Assembly: GCA_951406725.2 (NCBI GenBank)
Contig: OX597830.1
Span: 68,448,001 to 68,512,000, forward strand
From: Octopus vulgaris
Taxonomy: Eukaryota
DNA length: 64,000 nucleotides
Direction: 5' to 3'
Positions 53,376 to 64,000 of the stretch are shown one piece after another. Made by a program: the position numbers and the translations under genes. How positions within the stretch are numbered: position 1 is the first letter of the stretch; the number at the start of each line of letters is the position of its first letter. The notes under the pieces were generated by a model that was given only the letters and a program-made list of their open reading frames with translations, was not told the DNA's origin and searched no databases.

Positions 53376-53584
53376 TGTGCCTGTGTTTGTCCCCCTAGCA
53401 TTGCTTGACAACCGATGCTGGTGTGTTTACGTCCCCGTCACTTAGCGGTTCGGCAAAAAGAGACCGATAGAATAGGTACTGGGATTACAAAGAATAAGTC
53501 CCGAGGTCGATTTGCTCGACTAAAGGCGGTGCTCCAGCATGGCCGCAGTCAAATGACTGAAACAAGTAAAAGAGTAAGAGTATA
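53120..53584 (+). mobile_element. tRNA-derived SINE with internal (TA)n(TG)n and a CR1-group LINE-like tail
   Basis: Head ggcgtaggagtggctgtgtggtaag..ggttcagtccc; tail ggcggtgctccagcatggccgcag..ctgaaac. Confidence 0.85.
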
Positions 53585-53870
53585 GAAGATATTTAACATA
53601 AGATATTAAACATATTATAATAAGTAATTATTACAATAACATCTGTGGATAATATTCATTGAAATTGTTGCTTGAATTTTCTTGATTTCATCTGTGACAG
53701 GAGAAACCTCTAACTTTTCAAATATTTATTGTTAGTTCTCTATATTATGGATACAAGCAATAACTCTGCACAATAAATTTATTCACCAAATTATCAGTAA
53801 CTGAATTTTTTTTTCCATTTTATTAAACATTAGGTTACATTAATACAATGTTTCTTTTTTCTACATACAG

Positions 53871-54048
53871 TTTGTTCGTGTGGATCACCAAACCCCTATG
53901 GAAATTATGATGTGTTTGATAAGATCTACATGGAATATTCGTTTACCAAGTTTGCTTATTTCTGTAATTGGGGGAAGAGAAGACATTCAGTTGAACCCAC
54001 ATACTGAAGCTGTTGGGCGTGGTTTATACAAAGCAGCAAGAACCATAG
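53871..54048 (+). CDS. TRPM: TRPM MHR1/2 (SLOG) exon, phase 0-1
   Basis: ctacatacag/gtataa; FVRVDHQTPMEIMMCLIRSTWNIRLPSLLISVIGG...GLYKAARTI. Confidence 0.92.
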
Positions 54049-54062
54049 GTATAAAGTTTTAT

Positions 54063-54126
<64 letters not shown>

Positions 54127-54128
<2 letters not shown>

Positions 54129-54970
54129 TGCTGAATATGTGGGAAGAGAATGTGTCAAAGTGTGACTCACATTGTTAGTGCTTGTGAAAGTCTTGCACAG
54201 AAAGAGTACAAGCATAGATATGACAAAGTAGCCCATAGCCTCCACTGCTGGAGCACATGACCTAGTGGTTAGAACAGCGGACTTGCGGTCGAGGGATCGA
54301 AGGTTCGAATCTCAGACCGGGCGATGTGTGTGTTTATGAGCAAAACACCTAAGCTCCACGCGACTCCGGCAGAAGGTAATGACGAACCTCTGCTGACTCT
54401 TTCGCCACAACTTTCTCTCGCTCTTTCCTCCTGCATATTGCAGCTCATCTGCGATGGACCGGCGTCCTGTCCAGGTGGGGAACCTATACAACAAGGAAAC
54501 CGGGAAACCAGCCCTTATGACCCAGGCATGGCTCGAAAAAGGAACAAACAAAATAGCCTCCACTGGCTACTATGTCGTAAGTAAGGATATGAGGCTACGG
54601 GTGCTTGGTGCCAACATACACCAGAAAAGGTAATGGACGATAAGGGGAACTTTGATTTGCAGACAGACAAGGTGTAACAGCACTGAAGGCCGGATATAGG
54701 AAGGACAAACAAGAGTGCTTAATAATCGACGTAGCAGTGCCAAGAGATCAACACATCATCATGAAAAAAAAGAGAAAAAGTTGATAAATATAGAGACCTG
54801 AGAATTGACATCGCTAAGATGTGGCAGCTATGAGAGTCAAACATAAAGGTTACTCCTGTTGTCAAAAAATATCTGAAAAAATTTTAAATACCCAACAATC
54901 TCGGTGTATTGCAAAAGTTGGCATTACTTGGAAATGGATGTATATTGCGTAAAGTACTTTCTGTCTGAGG
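54127..54970 (+). mobile_element. Dong/R4 LINE C-terminal CCHC + RLE endonuclease fragment next to (AAT)n
   Basis: HIVSACESLAQKEYKHRYDKVA..LHW, RPDI, IIDVAVP..D..K..KY.DL, LQKLALLG..ILRKVL; interrupted by a SINE. Confidence 0.85.
54248..54552 (+). mobile_element. OR-type tRNA-derived SINE nested in the Dong fragment
   Basis: 13-bp TSD atagcctccactg at 54235-54247 and 54553-54565; A/B boxes. Confidence 0.9.
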
Positions 54971-55130
54971 TCCTTGCTGTGACTTGACAAACAGTGTCAT
55001 TATTTTAATAGCCTACCAATGTATACAGTGCGTTTCTCTGCTCTGAGAATCAGGAAGAAACTCGGCAAGAAATGGAAACAGAATTGAAAGAAGATGATAA
55101 TAATAATAGCAATAATAAAAGTAATAACAA

Positions 55131-55318
55131 TCCTTTCCACAGTAGGCACAAGGCCTGAAATTTTGAGGGAAGAGACTAGCCTGTTACATCAAGCCCAGTG
55201 TTTCACTGGTATTTAATTAATCCACCCCGAAACAATGAAAGGCAAAGTCGACCCCGGCGAAATTTGAAATCAGAACATAAATACGGACCAAATGCCGCTA
55301 TGCTGTCAGCTCGATGTC

Positions 55319-55320
<2 letters not shown>
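55131..55320 (-). mobile_element. SINE, same family as 20400-20583
   Basis: gtaggcacaaggcctgaaattttg...gaaaggcaaagtcgacc. Confidence 0.7.
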
Positions 55321-55359
<39 letters not shown>

Positions 55360-55364
<5 letters not shown>

Positions 55365-55712
55365 GAAGGAGGGTGGTGTCATCAAAACTGAAAATCGTGT
55401 AACGAAAGAAAAATTTAAAGAAGAAATGAATAAGAAAAAGCATGGAATGAAAAACTGTACGGTCAGTTTCCAGAGATATGAACGCCAAGACAGATACAGA
55501 GGACCGGTGGCTGTGGATGAGGAGGATTGACCTGAAAATAGAGACAGAAGCACTCATTTTTGCAGCTCAAGAACATGCGTTAAGGACCAAGTATGTGAAG
55601 TGCAGAATAGACAGCACCATCGACAGTGAGAAACGTAGAATGTGTGGTGAGTGGGGTGAATCAGTATGGCACATCGTTAGCAAAAGCCCGAAATTGTCAC
55701 AACACGAATACA
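55360..55712 (+). mobile_element. Second Dong/R4 LINE fragment after (AAT)n
   Basis: W.WM...DLKIETEALIFAAQEHALRTKY...RMCGE..ESVWHIVSK.PKLSQ.EYK. Confidence 0.85.
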
Positions 55713-57059
55713 AAATCAATAACTTCTTCAATTACTTGTTTAATGTCATCAATTAATTCTTCAACAATAAACTTAGTGTTGCTCTTCTGAACAACAGTGA
55801 CGTTGATGAAGGGCGTACGTATCTGAGCGTGTGACTGTTGGTCAATTTGTCAGTTGTTGTTTTTTTGTTTTCGTGTTTTTTTTGCGGTTGTGAACGTGTT
55901 TTAAAAATTGGTTTCCTTGTGATGAAGGTGTTGATGTTGGCGTTGATTTGTTTTTTAATCAGTGTTGTGACGGATTTTGATGTTTACAGTCATGTCTTAG
56001 GGCCTTCAATTTGGACTGGTCTCCGTTTGCTTCAGATTCAGTTTTTTTTTTCTCTTATCTGCGACAAAGACTTTTTGGTGCGATGTCAATGAAGTCTTTG
56101 CTTTTAAGAGGACTTAGTAGGACGAAGGAGGCAGATGTGAGATAATAGCTTTGTTCATACCTTGAAGAGTTGGTAATAACAGCGGAGATATTCGTGCTTA
56201 TTCCTCTACGGGGCAAAAGGCTTTGAGGTGGTTCGTATACACACACCTAGAACACTTCATTTCTTTCGCTTCTATATAAACGGGCATCTGTTCGCATTTC
56301 CCGGCACAGAAAAATCATGAGTAAGATTTATTTCCTATGAAGAAACTAATATCTGGAATTGCATTAGATTTCCATATCTATTGAGTTGTAAGGTGGACTT
56401 CACCTTCACCATCTCCCCATGATCCTCCTAAATCTCTCGCCGGATCACGGTGAATCGGTTCTTGACTCGAAAACGAGTCAAACATTTATTCATGTAACGG
56501 GAATCATCACAAAAGCTTGGAACGTGCAGGCTATAGTAACCATTTTTCTGGCTTCTTGCTCAGTGCTACATATAACAGCTAACGTCCCGTAGTGCATACT
56601 GTTGCATATGTGTAGTATTGGGGGTGGAGGCACAGTTCTTGCAGTCGTCTTTTGGTCTCTGCCGGAGTAGGAAATTTAAGTTTCCTCTCTTTGCGAGAAA
56701 CATATTGGCAGACAATTCTTTGTCGCTCGGTAGGCTTTCTTTTTAATCCTCCCTGGTTGCGAAATGTCACTTTGGTATTGCTGTGCTTTATTTTTCAAAT
56801 CTTCAACCGAATGGACGGTCCACTAGATTACTGCTCCCAAAAAAGATAAAGCGTTGTTGTGAGTCCTTATGTTATTGTTGTTGCTGTTGTTTTTTTACAC
56901 AGTTGCCATTGGCAGATGTATTGGTCTTTTTGTTATTGCTGTTGTTTTCAATGTGGTTGTTTATGTTACTGTTGTTATTATCAATCTTGTTCATGCTGCT
57001 GATGTTGTTGTTGTTGATATAGTTACTATTATTGTTGTTTCTGCCGCTTGTGCTGCTGC

Positions 57060-57295
57060 TGTTTCTTTGTTTGTTTGTTGAGCGAAGCGGTCTTCGTCCT
57101 GTAGTGGGAGAAGTCCGAAACGTAGTCCTTTGCTATTCGTAAGACCCGCAGAAGAAAAAGCAGGTCAACTCCCGACACCGAGAGCATCGATGGATGGGTG
57201 AATGCGCATCCAGGCTCAGCGGTTGCGTAGGAAGTCGGGGACAAGAAACAGGAAGAAAGAGTGAGAGAAAGTTGGAGCGAAAGAGTACAACAGGC
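57060..57295 (-). mobile_element. Headless OR-type SINE body and tail
   Basis: agaaacaggaagaaaga shared with the 479-830 SINE and gagagaaagttg shared with the 54248-54552 SINE; (AAAC)n tail. Confidence 0.6.
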
Positions 57296-57329
57296 GTTTC
57301 AGAGTTTTTATTTTCCAGATGATACCCGT

Positions 57330-57910
57330 TAATCCTGTTGTAGCTCTTATCCAATTGTTTGTTCACTTATCCATATTGTTAGCCTTCAGCAGTCTCCTTT
57401 CCATGGGTCTTTGTGTTGATATAAATTTATTTCCAATGTTCTTGTGGTTAGCCCAGTAGCACACACTAGTTGAAGATCTTTTTTTACACACATGGACACG
57501 TTACTACTCACAATGTGATTCAATTTACCAAAGGGCGCTCATCCCAATTGTTCAATATTTAAAAATGTTTATCAGTATTTGTCCAACATAAGTTTATTGA
57601 TTCACATGTCTTACTATTTCATCATCTATTACTACACTTCAGCTGTGATTAGTTGGTTAGAGATCATCTTCGTTTTACCAATATTAATTCTGAGTCCACG
57701 TTTTTTGCTTTCTTCTGAGGATTTCTCAGCATTTCTGTAGTTACTTTAATGCTTCTGGAAACGAATACAATATCATCAGTGAATTTGAAATGATTTAGCA
57801 TATAACCATTTATATTCAATTTCTGACCAATATAAGTTTTGAAAAACCTTTTCTAATACAGATGTGAATAATTTGAGTGATATAGTGTCTCTTTGTTTGA
57901 ATCCTTTGCC
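57330..57910 (-). mobile_element. Decayed RTE-type RT fragment
   Basis: G.KQRDTISLKLF and LNHFKFTDDIVF remnants. Confidence 0.55.
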
Positions 57911-57939
57911 AGTTTTCATTTCAATCACTTTGTTGTTTA

Positions 57940-58370
57940 TATTCGGTTGGCAACTAAGTTCCCGCCATTTTTAAAATTTAAATTTTTTAAAAGGTTTAAT
58001 AAAAAATTACAACTAATTAATCAATAATGTATTCACCCTTGTTATTTGCAACTTCTTCCCAACTTTCAACAAGGTTTTCTATACCTCCTTGGTAGAAATC
58101 ACCCGATTTCGACTCGAAACATTGATCCAACCAAGCTCTCATTTCTGCATCACTATTGAACGAAACTCCAAAAGACGTGGAAATCTGTTGGTACCAAATC
58201 AGGAGAGTACGGCGGGTGTGGCATTACTTCCCAGCCATGCGTTTGAATGACTTCCTTGGTCATATTGGCGATATGAGGGTGGGTGTTGTCGTGCAGCAGA
58301 AGAACTCCATGCTGCCGATTCGGTCTTTTCTCATGAGTCGTTGAGTCGTTCCATCTGTGGAACGATGTAT
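57940..58370 (-). mobile_element. Mariner transposase 3' remnant with terminal repeat
   Basis: LLLHDNTHPH...GWEVMPHPPYSPDLVPTDFH...FYQGGIENLVESWEEV.NNKGEYI; terminus tattcggttggcaactaag. Confidence 0.88.
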
Positions 58371-59290
58371 GAGGTAACAGTTGTTATAGATAGATCCATC
58401 AAGAACTACACAGGTTTGAGTATTCCTGATACACTATCTGTATCTTGCATCAATCTCTCTGTGAATATCTAAATTTATTGACTACACCCTCCTTGTCTAA
58501 GTCCTTCCTCCTCAGGGCCACCTCTCCTCTCTAACACAGGCGGGTGTACTGACAAAGCTTAAATGAACAAACCTATGTTGAAAATCATTCCAGCAATGAC
58601 CATCCCAACTTATAAAGGGTTTTTCAGACTATTTCCTTCAATGCATTCTCTCCTTTTCAAAGACAGTAGGGAGAGAGGGAGGAGATATAATTGCTATTTT
58701 CTGAAGGTCCAGTGACCATGTAAAGGTTACTCGAGGAATTGTGAAATGGAAAGAGTGACAGTAATGTACCATTTCAGAGCATTACTAGACTTGAGCCAAT
58801 AAGTGAAACCAAGTCACACTTCCATCTAAGACTTTACTCTTGCTCTCTAACAAAACACATTTCAAGTTAGCAATATGGAATAAAAAATGCAGGGTGCTGA
58901 TGATTATAGCTGAAAAGGGCTGAATGAAGTATATTGTTGTATTTAGGCTTTGGTTCTTTCTGTTATGAGTTCAAATTCTACTTGGGTTGTATTTTTGATT
59001 TATATGTCTTGTCAAGGATTCATTGAAAAATTAATAATTGAGTTTCATTTAGTTCATCATATCTTTGTTTCTATAATGAGAAATGTATCAATATTTAAAT
59101 CACCTCCAGTTAATGACTGGTGCCTATTTCATCAAGTTTACATGGACAAAGGAAATTCAACCATTTTGTGTGAAGTCAGAATGTGAAGGAATATAACTAA
59201 ATACCAGAAGGTATTTTGTGCAAAAATCTACAGTAATTTTAGAATAAGAAATCAATATTTGAATATAATTCTTGATCTCTTGTTTTGCAG

Positions 59291-59448
59291 ATGCTTGGAT
59301 TATAACTGAAGGCTTACATACTGGAGTTGCGAAATATATTGGGGAAGTTATGTATAAGGAAAATAAAGTGGTTGCCATGAATGAAGTGACAACTCTTGGT
59401 ATTGCACCATGGAACTGTGTACTGAAGAAAAAATCCCTAGTGAATAAG
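59291..59448 (+). CDS. TRPM: TRPM MHR1/2 exon, phase 1-0
   Basis: ttttgcag/gtaaat; DAWIITEGLHTGVAKYIGE...TLGIAPWNCV...LVNK. Confidence 0.93.
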
Positions 59449-60993
59449 GTAAATTTCTGTTTCAGTTATTTTCCTTTTTTTAACCTCTTATATAATCCTT
59501 TCTCCATATTAACATTAAGTATTGATTTATATCAATTTACTGTTGGTGTTTGAAAGTTCAATATTAATTATAAAATGGTAACATTTAATTTTTAAATTAC
59601 ATCAAGACATGAAGAAAAGTCCATATGATTTCCATTTATGATACATTGCTAATTTTGTGATAAGAGAAGTAATATTTTCAAGGGTTCTTGACTTTCGTGT
59701 GTGTATTATTTTTTTCTATTTTATTTGAAACGAAAAAGTAAATGGCCGAGTGAATGAGATATTTGACTACCTGATCATAGAGAATGAGTTCTGTTTCATT
59801 GTTTCTGGGGAAAATATTATGTTCTACATTGCCTCAGTTTTTTGTTTTTTTTTGCTTATCAAGAAAAAAATATATCAATTTGGCAATATTCCATCACTTC
59901 TCAAAGATTATCAATCATCTTGATTTCTTGCTTGACATTTTGATCCAGTTTCTGGTTTTGGTTAGAGTTTGTGTGCAATGGATATAACTCAACAAGTCAT
60001 TCTATATTAAACTTATTGTTTCTTCCTTTGTGCAGTGTAACTATTTGACAGAGATTAAGATTTGATGTGGTTATATAGCAGAGATCTCTTGCCAAGCCTG
60101 GTTCTGGGAGTCTTTCGTGCTTTGCTTACTCTGATATCCAGTTGAATTATTTACGTGAATCGAAGTAGTGGTTAAAGACAACACATGGGTTATAGGTTTT
60201 TACTCTGTTTCCACCACCAGTTGTTTAAAAAAATTCTGCAAATATCCTGAATACTTAACTTTTTTCCCTTTCCCCAAGCTAAAAATATAATAATAACGAA
60301 AATACATAACGTGACAATCACATAGTGACTATCACAACATAGAGAAAAAGATACCCTGAGGTTGTGTGAGATTTGGATTAAATCACCTTATAGCAAATGA
60401 GTAGTGTAAGATCCGCAGAAAGTCAATATAATTGAGCAGCCATATCCATGGTTATTTTAAAACTAAAGATTGTGAAAATACATAATTTCTTTGCATTATG
60501 TTTTACTGAAGCAATGATTTCTCGGATTTGTGTAAAGTTCTCTTAGGGAAAACAATTTTCTTTCTTATAGAATCGTTATCTCTTCATCTTTAGGAGTTAC
60601 TTTCTTTTATTTTTGTCCTTACGTCAGAAAGTAAAAAACTTCGTAGAAAAAGCTATACGCACTTGTTCATGAGAAATCACTGGTTTAACGTTCTTCGCTT
60701 TTGTCTAGTGACAATATCATAAAACTATTTTAAAGTTATTGAAAGGTTTAAAGATTTAAATAATCTTAACAGTGTAATGAAATCAAAGACATTCTATAGT
60801 ATCATTATGCTATGATACGACTACACTGAGACCAGTGTTACAAATCTTAATACATTTTCTATTTTAGAGAATAGTGCATACGACTAGAATTGAAATCGCT
60901 AACCTAGTGAACAAAGTACTGCCGCTGTCACGCTGCAGTATGGATTCTAAATTTGTGTATGTATGTATGTATGTATGTATGTATGTATGTATG

Positions 60994-61055
<62 letters not shown>

Positions 61056-61060
<5 letters not shown>

Positions 61061-61911
61061 GGGGCCTCTAAATTGCGCACAAATGAAAACAACACTCGCA
61101 TCTCGTTTTAACAGATATTTTAACAAACTTTCATTAAAATATCTTGAAATACTAAAGAGTAAATTTATTATATAGATGAACCACTCACTGCAATTCTTCG
61201 GGCCAGTCGTTTTGTTTACGTTGGTGAATACTGCCATACTCCTTGCTTTCAGTTCATTTTTGGTGTCACAAGAAGTTTCATTGGTCTCTTACTCAACTGC
61301 ACCCCGCACATAATAATGAAGCGGGTTGCTGTCTGGGGAGTTAGGTAACCAGATGTTAAGTGTGATGTGGTTGCGGAAATTGTCTGATATCCATGACTGG
61401 GTTCTACAGCTTGTGTGGTATGGTGCAGAGTCCTGTTGCCAGACATGAGATCTTCCAGCAGCCACCCTCTTGACCTAGGGCAGCACTACGTCCTCCAAGC
61501 ACTTTACGTAGGGTTCTCTACTGAGTCTGGAGCCATGTGGGAAGATGAATGGAGGCATAATGTCGCCATCACTAGTGATTACACCAAACACTATGATGTT
61601 GAGGGGATGTTTGATTTTCCTCTCACTCGGTACATATCAAATTGCACTGTCCTCAGATTGACACCCAAACAATCTGAAATATTCGTATTGGAGCTTCCAG
61701 CGCGAATGCCAAGCAATACAGTTTGTCATTTCCAAATGTTTGGCATAGTGAATTGCGTCATGGTGCTGCTTTACTCACAGACTGTGCCCAACTGACCCTA
61801 CTATAGTGTGTAGTCGACAAAATCAAAAACGAACAATGCACATAAGCGAAAGCAAAAAAATAAAAAATAAAATGGTGACAATTTCTGATATTCAACGCGG
61901 AATTCTCTGTA
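61056..61911 (-). mobile_element. Decayed Tc1/mariner (maT/DD37D-like) element in (TA)n
   Basis: VWQQDSAPYHTS..TQSW...WLPNSPDSNPLHYYV.G.VE; tacag.../...ctgta ends. Confidence 0.8.
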
Positions 61912-62089
61912 TTTGAGTGCGGAACTCTCTGTTATTCAGATTATTATTATCATTGCTTTACTTCTCAGAACGTTCAGTCTCGTTTGTTCTGGTAGATTCT
62001 ATGAGAAAAGACAGCAGCCTGCAGTCAGAGATCTCACAAAATCTCTTTCTGCACATTATATGATACTTGGTTGTTAATTATTGTAGGAA

Positions 62090-62875
62090 ACTTTCAATAT
62101 ACAAGCACCAATCTCAAAATCCTACCTGTCCCCAGTAGATCAGTTTTTTGGCCTTGCTCTGCTCTCATGTCAATTCCGATTTCTTTGACATATTTCTCGA
62201 ACTTGGTTGTTAGTGCTCGGAGTGCCCTTAAAACTACTGGAATGACAGACACTCTCCTCGTAGTCTATATTCTCGCAATTTCGTCTTTTAGAAGTCTGTA
62301 CTTTTCAATCTTTTCTAGTTCTTTGTCACTTATGCGTGCATCTCCGGGTATTGCAATATCTATAATCTTGGTTTCCTTTTTCCCTTTATCTACCACAACA
62401 ATATCTGGTCTCCGAGCCATGATCAAGGAATCACATTGGATCGTAAAATCTCACAGTATCTTATGTTCCTTGTTCTCAGTGACTACTTCTGGTTCATGTT
62501 CGTATCATTTCCGTATTCAGTTCAGGTCGCACTTTTCACAGCGTCCAGGAGACAAACTTAGCCACATTATCGTGCCTCCTTTTGTAGTGCTTTTGAGACA
62601 GCTTGCTACACTCACTCACAATATGTGAGATTGTTTGTTTTCGCTTGCACACATCCTAAAAAGAGGCGGTTCGGAATTTGGTGTAATTAGTTCTCAGAGC
62701 TTGTTCCTAGGTGCTACATATAAATGCCTCACTGCATCCTTTCAGATCACTTTTTCTTAACCATCTGTAAGTATTGATCTTGTCTTTTCCTTCGATTTCT
62801 CTGAGGTATTGCCCATGCAACGGTTTCATTTTCCAGTTGTGTACTCTTTTTTCATTTTGTTTCTTAAATGCTTGT
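62090..62875 (-). mobile_element. Dong/R4 LINE RLE endonuclease fragment
   Basis: WKMKPLHGQY..WLRKSDLK..SEAFI, ILxDFTIQCD....RRPDIVVVDK...IIDIAIPGD...KE.EK.EKY. Confidence 0.85.
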
Positions 62876-63621
62876 GGGTGCCCTCCTGTTACAGGAGAAC
62901 TTATAGGCATAATCGAGGAACCACACTGTCCGAAATTTCCCCGAACACCAAGAGCAAGTGCCCACTTCGACTTACAGGTCTACACTGAGAGAGGTGCCAT
63001 CCACTCTTGCCATTTTTGCAACTTTCACCCACCTTTCAAATACACTCACTCAAGGACAGAACTTCCCTCTCCACTCGCAATTTCATTTTTCAAGTGAAAA
63101 TCGACTTCCTTTCATAGAGATTTTTATTTTCCTGTAGCCAGGGGAGACGTTTACGCTGGTCTATATTTATCGACTGCGTGATGTTTAGTTCTTCTACTTT
63201 TGTTATTTCTTCAATTGGTTCGTCTCCCTCCTCGGTTTTAGCTGGTGTGTGTTATTTTGTTTGTTGTTGTTTTATGCTTCAGTATTCGCCTGTCTATGTG
63301 TGTTGTTTATGTGTATGTGAGTGTATGGAGTGTCATTATGCATCTGTATACCAATTCATTAGTGTTCTTTTTTTATGTCTGTAAACATTAAAATCTCCCT
63401 AACACATTCAGTATAACACAATCCATATTCTGATACTTTCTCTCCCTATTTCCAAAGCTATCTCTCTCTTTCTCTTTTTCCCACTTTTCCCTGCTCTTTG
63501 TTACTCCCCCAATTTCTATTAGCTGTATATTTTTCTGTATCAGAACAAAAAAACACATATTTTTATGTGACAATGGTTTTTATAATATGTATAACAATTA
63601 AAATATTGATTTGATTTCTAG

Positions 63622-63796
63622 GGACTGAAGCCTGTAGACTATTCCATACAAACTAATTCTAAAGAAGAAATGTATGCATTGGATCCTAATCATTCACATT
63701 TTATCCTTGTTGATGATGGTACCAAAGACAATTTTGGAGAAATAATTGAATTCAGAAAAAAGTTAGAACATACTATTTCACAAGAGAAAATCCCAG
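63622..63796 (+). CDS. TRPM: TRPM MHR1/2 exon, phase 0-1; the gene continues beyond the window
   Basis: tttctag/gtaagt; YALDPNHSHFILVDDGT..FG..IEFRKKLE. Confidence 0.95.
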
Positions 63797-64000
63797 GTAA
63801 GTTGTTATTACTGAGAAATCTAAACATATCATACAGAACAGAGATGAAATATTATTGAGAATTCCTTGTTAAATTGACACATACATCATATCAAATGTCT
63901 CCCTTTAATATGGAACCGATCTTTTATAGGTTTTAGTTAAATTATTTTTAATATTTAAGACTTAAGCAATTCTATTTTTCTATGGTATCCAATCAACATT

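Noticed and set aside
55760-56260. Possible PLE thumb-region remnant on the minus strand
   Set aside because: Too degenerate to assign by eye.
57088-57146. Hammerhead-like fold (ctgtagt...gaaacg...cgta agacc)
   Set aside because: Two core positions are wrong, stem I is out of register, and it is the antisense of a SINE tail.

Overview
AT-rich, microsatellite-dense eukaryotic DNA. The repeat content (tRNA-derived SINEs with internal microsatellites, Dong/R4, RTE and CR1-group LINEs, Chapaev, hAT, mariner, Helitron) looks like a coleoid cephalopod such as Octopus; this is an inference. The + strand carries the 5' part of a TRPM cation-channel gene. It has four clear MHR1/2 exons at 48570-63796, preceded by seven phase-compatible candidate micro-exons that arose partly by tandem duplication; the joined frame contains two premature stops. 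Nearly all intronic DNA is transposon-derived. The centrepiece (25401-34690) is a Penelope-like retroelement with intact reading frames and two ORFs: a 448-aa coiled-coil/low-complexity ORF1 and a 758-aa RT + GIY-YIG ORF2. An HIV-type U_UUU_UUA slippery heptamer sits in exactly the phase needed for a -1 ribosomal frameshift that would fuse them. The element has direct and inverted pseudo-LTRs that each carry a minimal hammerhead ribozyme, a 3' tail, and a 3' UTR built largely of microsatellite. At least six other hammerhead motifs, intact or decayed, from unrelated PLE-like families occur in the window. Most ORFs in the supplied track are microsatellite artefacts. All calls come from reading the sequence; no searches were run.
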